This document shows, piece by piece, positions 26,288-34,069 of a stretch of 34,069 nt of DNA. The notes under the pieces were generated by a model, which saw only the letters and a list, made by a program, of their open reading frames with translations, made no database searches and was not told the DNA's origin. This stretch comes from Chiloscyllium plagiosum (taxonomy: Eukaryota). Location: assembly GCF_004010195.1 (NCBI RefSeq), contig NW_025213567.1:1-34069 (forward strand), read 5' to 3'. A program made the position numbers and the translations under genes. Positions within the stretch are counted from its first letter, which is position 1. Each line of letters starts with the position of its first letter.

Positions 26288-26355
26288 TATTAAATTTGTA
26301 ATTTCTCAAGCCAGCATGATTTCCATAGGTTCAGAATATAGCATGTAGAATTATT
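26288..26355 (+). repeat. Local direct duplication, copy 1
   Basis: TATTAAATTTGTAATTTCTCAAGCCAGCATGATTTCCATAGGTTCAGAATATAGCATGTAGAATTATT aligns with 27267-27332. Confidence 0.8.
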
Positions 26356-27266
26356 TCTGGAAATTTATTTGCATTTACCAATTTAGATACTAAGTTTCTG
26401 TATTATTGGTTCTCATCCTCTTCCCTCCCCCAAAAGATCCAAAAAGGAACAAATAAACATAACCCAAACCTAAATGCTTGTGACTTGCTGTGTAACCTGA
26501 AGTATGTTCATTTTAGCCCAGAAATTCTATCTTAAAAGGATTTTTAAAAAATGTTATAACAGTTGGGCAATTGTTATAACTGGAACAAATAGTTGTACGA
26601 GTACATCATGCTAACAGCTGAGAAAGGAGGAACCATTAGAACACACTTGTTATACTCCGATTACTCTGCTATGATCCCCATTGAAGGAAGGTTGAAAGTT
26701 TGTGCCGCAGTCTCCTCCTAAAAATAAATTTCAAATCATACTGCACAACTAGCAAAAGTGGAATCGAGAATTTAACTCTGCATTTAGTTTCCAGACATTT
26801 TATGTGCAGTGTAAGTTGACTAAGGACATACATTGTAAAACATTTATTTCATTAAATGCACCATTTAAGTTGGTAAAATGGTCTGCTTGCAAAAGTTGCA
26901 GTATGGATTTTTACTCCTTTTTTGATGATTTCCCCATGTCCCAAGTGCTAAGATTAGTAAACATCCTTTGAGTGTTTGTTTCCCTCCTCCCATCTCCTCT
27001 CCACCCTACATTTTAACCAAGATGCTTAATTCAATGCATGTTTTTCAATGTCTGAATAATGTGATTCTTTCACAACTGACTCTCATTCCATTTTCTTTTT
27101 GCAAATAAGTGCACTCAGTATTCTGTGACATAGGTCATTAGCTTGATTGAACATAATTTCCAGCAACATTGTGGTTTGCATGATGTAAATGAGCTGCAGA
27201 TATTGGAAACTTCTGATTTGAAAGTTTACTTCTCTGGTGGTGAGATGTAGCAAAGGGCAGCCATCC

Positions 27267-27332
27267 TATTAAGTTTGTAATTTTTCAAGCCAACGTGATC
27301 AATAGGTTCAGAATATAGCATACAGAATTATT
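27267..27332 (+). repeat. Local direct duplication, copy 2
   Basis: TATTAAGTTTGTAATTTTTCAAGCCAACGTGATCAATAGGTTCAGAATATAGCATACAGAATTATT; about 7 substitutions and a 2-nt gap relative to copy 1. Confidence 0.8.
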
Positions 27333-27902
27333 CTTCATACTGTTCGCAAAGCTGTATTGCACTGATGCACAATAGTAAAGCATGAGTCCATGAGATGCAG
27401 CAAGGTACAGTGCCCTTAGATTTATTGACATAGATGTGGATATATTCTGGTAGAACAGTGGCCTTCTTTCACTCCAAGTGATACAGCCCCAAAAACCTCT
27501 GGATAATTTGGGTGGTTATCACCAGCCTTCAAACTGCCTGTGCTAGGACCTCCTATCCTACTTCAGTACAAAAAGTTTAATGACCTTACCATGTCGAGGC
27601 AGTTAAGATAATCCAGACCAAAATATTCTGTAATAAACAGTGACCACTTACAATAACATCCCTCACTAAAGTGACATGCCTTTCACATTATCCCTTTACT
27701 CTAGAAGTGTTCTTCAGCTGTGGAATTGCAATAAACCCAACTAAAAGCCATGGTTGGATTTCAAGGGCACATTCTCCATTTGCACATTCCTGATTGGAGT
27801 ACTCTTCGAAAAATCAGACTGCAGTTCATGCTCACTGTTAATTTACAGGAAGGAAAACAACACTTTAGCTGTTGTGCCATCTTTGTGTGGAATACAGGCA
27901 GA

Positions 27903-30900
27903 CCATAAGACATAAGAGTGGAAATAAGGCCATTTGGCCCATCAAGTCCATTCCGCCATTCAATCTTGGCTGACAGGCATTTCAATGCCATGAACCCGCA
28001 CTCTCCCCGTATCCCTTAATTCTTTGTGAGATTAAGAATTTATCAATCTCTGCCTTGAGGACATTCAATGTCCCGGCCTCCACTGCACTCCATGGCAATG
28101 ATTTCCACAGGCCCACCACACTCTGGCTGAAGAAATGTCTCCTCATTTCCGCTCTAAATCGACCCCCTCTAATTCTAAGGCTGTGCTCATGGTCCTAGTA
28201 TCCCCACCTGATGGAAACAAATTCCCAGCTCCCACCCTTTCTAAGCCTTGCATTAACTTGTAAGTTTCTTTTGGATCTCCCTTTAACCTTCTAAACTCTA
28301 AATGAATACAATCCCAGGATCCTCAGCCGTTCATCGTATATTAGATCTATGTGAATCTCCACTGGACATGCTCCAGTGCCAGTATGTCCTCCTTGAGATG
28401 TGGGGCCCAAAACTGGACACTGTATTCTAAATGGGGCCTAACTAAAGCTTTATAAAATCTCAGTAGCACATCGCTGCTTTTACATTCCAATCCTCTTGAG
28501 ATAAATGACAACATTACATTTGCTTTCTTAACCGTGGACTCAACCTGCAAGTTAACCTTTAGAGAATCCTGGGCTAGCACTCCCAGATCACTTTGTATTT
28601 TGGTTTTATGAATTTTCTCACCGTTTAGAAAGTAATTCATGCCTGTATTCTTTTTACCAAAGTGCAAAACCCCACATTTGCTCACATTGAATTTCATCAG
28701 CCATTTCTTGGACTGAACTGTCTTTGCAGCCTCCCCACCTCCTCAGAACGACCTGCCTGTCTACCTAACTTTGTATCATCTGCAAACTTCACCAGAATGC
28801 CCCCAGTCCCTTTATCCAGATCATTAATTTGTAAAGTGAACAGCTGTGGTCCCAACACTGAACCCTGTGGGACCACATTTGTCACTAGATGCCATTCCAA
28901 AGAAGAACCTTTTATCCCGACTCTCTGCTTTCTGTCAGACAGCCAATCCTCAATCCATGCCAGTAGCTCACCTCAAACACCATGGGCCCTCATCTTACTC
29001 AGCAGCCTCCCGTGAGGCATCTTATCAAAGGCCTTTTGAAAGTCTAGGTAGATAACTTCCATTGGGTTTCCGTGGTCTTACCTACTAGTTACCTCTTCAA
29101 AGAATTCTAACAGATTTGTCAGGCACGACATCCCGTTACTTAATTCATGCTGACTTGTTCTAGTCCAACCCTGCACTTCCAAGAATTTAGAAATCTCATC
29201 TTTAACAATGGATTCTAGAATTTTACCTCCAATCGAGGTTAGGCTAATCGGCCTATAATTTTCCATCTTTTATCTTGATCCTTTCTTGAACAAGGGGATT
29301 ACAACGGTGAATTTCCAATCATCTGGAACTTTCCCTGACTCCAGTGATATTTCAAAGATTACAACCAATACCTCCGCTATTTCTTCAGTCACCTCCCTCA
29401 GAACTCGAGGATGTAGCCCACCCGGGCCAGGAGATCTATCAATTTTTAGACCTCCTAGCTTTTCTAGCACTTTCTCTTTTGTAATGGCTACCATACTCAA
29501 CTCTGCCCCTTGATTCTCCTTAATTGTTGGGATATTGCTCATGTCTTCCATTGTGAAGACTGACACAAGGTATTTATTAAGTTCTTCAGCTATTTCCTTA
29601 TCTCCCATCACTGGCCTTCCTGCATCAATTTGGAGTGGCCCAATTTCTACTTTTGCCTCTCGTTTGTTTCTTCTGTATTGAAAGAAACTTTTACTATCAT
29701 TTATAATATTACTGGCTAGCTTACCTTTATGTCTGTTCCTCTCCTTTCTTATTTCTCTTTGTTATCCTCTGTTTGTTTTTGTAGTCTTCCCAATCTTCTG
29801 ATATCCCAGTGCTCTTGGCCACTTGATAGGCTCTCTTTTTTTCTGATATATTTCCTGACTTCCTTTGTCAGCCATGGCTGTCTAATTCCCACCTGACCCC
29901 CCTCCCCCCCAAACACACACACACACGAATAATTTTTCTTTTCTTTGGGATGAACCTCTGTACTGTGTCCTCAATTACACCAGAAACTCCTGCCATTGTT
30001 GCTCTACTGTCTTCCCCACTAGGCTCTGCTCCCAGACGATTTTTGTCAGTTCCTCTCTCATTCCCCTGTAATTACCTTTATTTAAATGTAACGCCATTAC
30101 ATCCGATTTTGCCTTCTCTCTTTTGAACTGCAGACTGAACTCTACCATATTATGATCGCAGTCTCCTAAGTGTTCCCTTACTTTAAGATCTTTTATAAAG
30201 TCTGGCTCATTACATAGCACTAAGTCCAGAATAGTCTGCTCCCTTGTGGGCTCCATCACAAGCTGTTCCAAAAGCCATCCTGTAAGCATTCCATGAATTC
30301 CCTTTCTTTGGATCTACCGACAACATTATTCACCCAGTCAATTTGCATATTGAAGTCCCCCATGTTCATCGTGACCTTGCCTTTCTGACATGCCTTCTCT
30401 ATTTCCTGGTAAATCTTGCACACCTGGTCCTGACCACTGCTGGGAGGTCTGTACATAACTTCCATTATGGCTTTTTTGCCTTTGTGGTTCCTCAATTCCA
30501 CCCATACAGACTCCACAACATCTGACCCTATGTCTTTCAGTGCCATAGATTTAATTTCATTCTTAACTAACAAGGCAGCCCTGCCCACCTCCCTGTCTTT
30601 TCGATAAGTTGTAAATCCTTGAATGTCTAACTGCCAGTCCTGAACCTCCTGCAACCACGTCTCTGTGATGCCTACCACATTATAATCATTCACAATGATT
30701 TGTGCTGTTAATTCATCTACTTTGTTAAGAATACTATGAGCATTCAGGTAAAGCACCTTAATGCTAATGTCCTTACCTTCATGATTTCCATCACTTCTAG
30801 TTATCCTAAGTTATCCTTCCTTTTTGCTTCATTCCTAGTCTGCCTTGAACTTAAATCCTGTACACATGCTAACCTGCTGCTTATCTTTCTACTTGACTCC

Positions 30901-31310
30901 AACTTCCTATTGCTTTCCCTTTCCCTTCCCCCCAAGTTTAAAGTCTTAGTGACCACCTTATTTATCCTTTTCGCCGGAACACTGGTTCCAGATTGCTTCC
31001 AGTGGAGACCGTCCCATCGGTACAGATTTCCCACGTTCCAAAACTGATGTCAATGTCCCATGAAATGGAATTCCTCTTTTCCACACCAATCTCTTAGCCA
31101 CATGTTTACTTCCCTAATTTTCTTGTCCCTATGCCAATTAGCATGTGGCTCGGACAATAATCCAGAGATTATGACCCTCGAGGACCTGTTCTTTAATTTC
31201 TTCAGCCGCTGCCAAAATATATACCTGAAACTCCTGAGGCAAGATTTTACATTTAAAAATTACCTTCCCATCGGGCCCCGCTGTCATTCCTCCTACTCCA
31301 ACTCCCACCG
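27903..31310 (-). mobile_element. CR1-clade LINE (HER1-like), decayed, near full length
   Basis: Colinear minus-strand ORF fragments: esterase ORF1 end (RVIISGLL...WLRDWC...DGLH), APE endonuclease (YLNAHSI..., VGITETWL, YRPP, MGDFN, DHNMV), RT (NYRPISLTS, VPQGSVLGP, KFADDTKL, LVRPHLEY). 3' tail of TCTTATG repeats at 27904-27917. Confidence 0.93.
27982..30770 (-). pseudogene. CR1 ORF2 (endonuclease + reverse transcriptase), disrupted
   Basis: Broken into at least six ORF pieces by stops, frameshifts and small deletions. A C/CA microsatellite is inserted at ~29897-29926. Confidence 0.9.
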
Positions 31311-31659
31311 AGAAAATGAAGACATCAGGTTTTAGTGCATCTTCACTTTCCTTTTAAGACAATCTAGCAAAACATGAAGGTACCACTTCCCCAATTTGAG
31401 AAAATCATGCACGCCTCTGTGCTGTGGCATTCTATTCTATTACCCTGATGTATTTTATGATTTGTCTGGTTAGCAAGCAAAACAATACTTTTCACTCCAC
31501 CTTTGTATATGTGACAATAAGTCAATTTTTAAAAAATGAATGAAGTAGGACAACATGCACCCAAGGAGATTAAGATTATTGTTTCTCCTACATTTGCTCT
31601 TTAGTAAAATAACTTGTGATTGTATTTCTCTAACTACCAAATTTGGAATGCGAATAGGC

Positions 31660-32010
31660 AATTTGGCCAATTTATCTTGCTCTGTCGTTAATTAAGATCA
31701 TGGCTGTTCTGATTGTCACCTCAACCCACTTTTCCAGCTGTCACCATTAACCATTGACTCCTTTGTTAGAATCAAAAATCTAACCAGCTCTGCCTTATTT
31801 AATTATTATTCATTCACTGTTCTTGAGAAGAGAATTCCACAGACTTATCAGCCTCCGATATAAAACAGTTTTCTTTTTTCCCATGTTAAACAGGCAATTC
31901 CTTATTTTAAAATTGTTTTTTTTTACAAAGGTGTGGGAAGTAAACATACTTTCAGCATCCATACCCAGGATCATTTATATTTTAAGATCACCAACCTTCT
32001 AAACTCCAAT
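31660..32010 (-). mobile_element. Decayed CR1 3' fragment
   Basis: TAAGATCATGGCTGTTCTGATTG...GAGAATTCCACAGACT...CCTTCTAAACTCCAATG parallels 27960-28305. Confidence 0.45.
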
Positions 32011-32604
32011 GGAAACAGATCATGGCTGTGTAGTATTTTTTGTGTGCATAGTATATTATAAAACATTCAATTATTTTTGAAGTGCAGTTGCTCCTTGATA
32101 TGCTGCCAAATGTGAAAAAACCATGCCAATTGCTTGACTTAAAAGCAGTAGCAATGGTCAACTGGTGACTGAAGTACTGGTCCGTGATGTGCCCAGTGCA
32201 TTGTGCAATTACTCGAATGCCTTTTAATTATTTGAGGCTGGCCTCGCATTAGAAAGAGGGGTCAACTTGTGGGCAGTAATCTCAGTGGTAAGTAGCCAGG
32301 ATCGCACATTAGCTCCCATATCTCAAAGTTCTGTTGTTATATTCAACAAAGTGTTTTGTGAATTCTGCTCTGCTGACCATTTTAATTGGTCCCTCATCAT
32401 TGTGCCATGCGTTCTTAATCACTACACCAGCCAAGGATCTTTGCAACTGAGAAAAATGATAGAAGATGGGAGTACAATTTGTTAGACATGGGAGATGGCA
32501 CTCTTTGTAGTGGAAATAGGCTGAATTTGCAGCTTAGGGTTCTGAATTTTAAATGTTCAGAAATAAGCAAGTGTTGGAAAATACATCAGATGAGATAAGG
32601 AACC

Positions 32605-32760
32605 AGTCAATTAGGACTGAGATTGGGAAAAATCGCTTCACTCAAAGGATTGTGAATCTTTGAAATTCATTATTTCAGAGAGCTGTGGATGCTCCATTGT
32701 TGAATCGATTTAACAGATTTTTGATCTGTCAGAGAATCAAGGGAAAAGGGAGAGTCTGAT
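32605..32760 (+). mobile_element. Decayed CR1 ORF2 3' fragment
   Basis: TAGGACTGAGAT...TTCACTCAAAGGATTGTGAATCTTTGAAATTC...CAGAGAGCTGTGGATGC corresponds to the F(T/S)QRVVNLWNSLP-like end of ORF2. Confidence 0.55.
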
Positions 32761-33299
32761 TGCACACACATCACTAGTACAACTGCATGTGACAATGGCC
32801 ATTTCAAATCCAAGAGGTTTCCTCCTGTGTGCTTTTCTCCTACTCTGGTAATATGCAGGAGTAGTCACTTGCTGGTTGACAGTCAGGAAAACACAACAAT
32901 GAGAAGTACGACCACAAACCCACACACACTTATTTGAATAAGTCACTTCCGATAAAGTTTGGAAGTGATTTTAATAGAGTGAAGCATTTTTGAAGAAGAA
33001 TCATATTCTTTTTAAAAGGGAACTTTTTGTTGAAAAGAAGATTGAAGACTGGGGATTAGCAGAGTTAGATTAGGTAATGTTTTCAGGTTGAAGATTAGCA
33101 CAAGGACCGTGTTGAATCAAATGTGCTGTAACTTACCTTGATTATAAATTTATTGTATGGTGTTTTTAAGCTGCTTCTGAAAAATGATACCTATGTCTTT
33201 CGAGATAGGAGCATAATGTTCAAGGAACATCAAAATTGCTTCATGAAAATAGTTCCAAGATTTCTCTCCATTAAATTGTGTCTTTATAGCAAAATTTCA

Positions 33300-33350
33300 A
33301 TGTTGTCTGACCTGCTGTGCTTCTCCAGCCCCACATCTATTGACTCTGGA
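33300..33350 (+). mobile_element. Short Penelope-like pseudo-LTR fragment
   Basis: TGTTGTCTGACCTGCTGTGCTTCTCCAGC resembles 12171-12199. Confidence 0.5.
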
Positions 33351-33964
33351 TACTTTCCAACTTTTGGCACCCAACATCAAACACAATTAGTTGCAGAAGA
33401 AAACGCCCTCAGTCTTTCACTTGTACTGTACTTTAACCCCAATCTCAAAGAATCTGATTTCATATTAACCATGCACATCAACTCTGAGGTCACCATGTTG
33501 TGCAAATTTATGGTTTGTGCCCAAATTGAACTGGGTTCAGACCACTTTTTTCATGCAGGCATCACAACAAAGGTGAAAAACTGCTGCCTGGCCAGTTTGG
33601 GCTGAATTCAATGAGAGACAATGTGCAAATTAATATACTTGTGTTCCCCAGTTAGAACATCCCTTAAATATAAAAGAGGAAATGACTGGATGTGCACTAC
33701 TGTACTTTTATATAAGGTTTTTAATCACACTTGACAATGCTATTGTGTGATGGCCTTGATTTTTGTTCTTTAGGTGGAAACTTAATGTCAAACACCTATT
33801 CATTGTTTATCAGTAGTGGTGAGATCTCATTGATTATGGTTTTGCTATTAATTCAATCAGTGAACCCTTATCTCAAAACTTGAGATTTACTTTTCAATTC
33901 TACTAAATTCTCTATACTTAATTTGCCATTTTATTTGGCTGACAGTCCCACTAACTCATTGGCT

Positions 33965-34069
33965 CCCTCACCATCAGACGCATGGAAGAAGAATGCCTCA
34001 TCTTCCGCCTCGGAACACTTCAACCCCAGGGCATCGATGTGGATATCAACAGCTTCCTCATTTCCCCTT
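33965..34069 (+). mobile_element. Penelope-like ORF C-terminal (GIY-YIG endonuclease) fragment, runs off the window
   Basis: Translates as TIRRMEEECLIFRLGTLQPQGIDVDINSFL, matching the E-xx-LIFRLGTL-x-P-x-G-(L/I)N end motif of PLE GIY-YIG domains. Confidence 0.75.

Noticed and set aside
33138..33605. 155-aa ORF
   Set aside because: TTG start, no recognisable motif, and it runs through a PLE repeat fragment.

Overview
This is vertebrate genomic DNA, most likely from an elasmobranch (shark or ray), judging by an HE1-type SINE and shark-type CR1 and Penelope repeats. The window holds one complete protein-coding gene, MAPK6 (ERK3, an atypical MAP kinase), on the + strand. It has a CpG-island promoter with a probable non-coding first exon (donor at 3438/3439) and five coding exons: 10709-11263, 21700-21844, 22209-22373, 22811-23012 and 23962-25096 (2202 nt, 733 aa). 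A ~1 kb 3' UTR carries a let-7 8-mer site and a poly(A) signal at ~26076. The rest is intronic or intergenic with retroelement relics: a ~3.4 kb decayed CR1 LINE (- strand, 27.9-31.3 kb), an HE1 SINE, CR1 3' fragments and several Penelope-like (PLE) pseudo-LTR fragments with hammerhead-ribozyme-like cores. I see no clearly new multi-gene system. The best leads are regulatory: a uORF-dense leader with a candidate peptide uORF (MDDSFDCDCGELEPPDH), a candidate poison or alternative-start exon in intron 2 ending in an in-frame ATG, a young perfect 64-bp PLE hairpin with a TSD, and PLE-derived sequence at the MAPK6 promoter.
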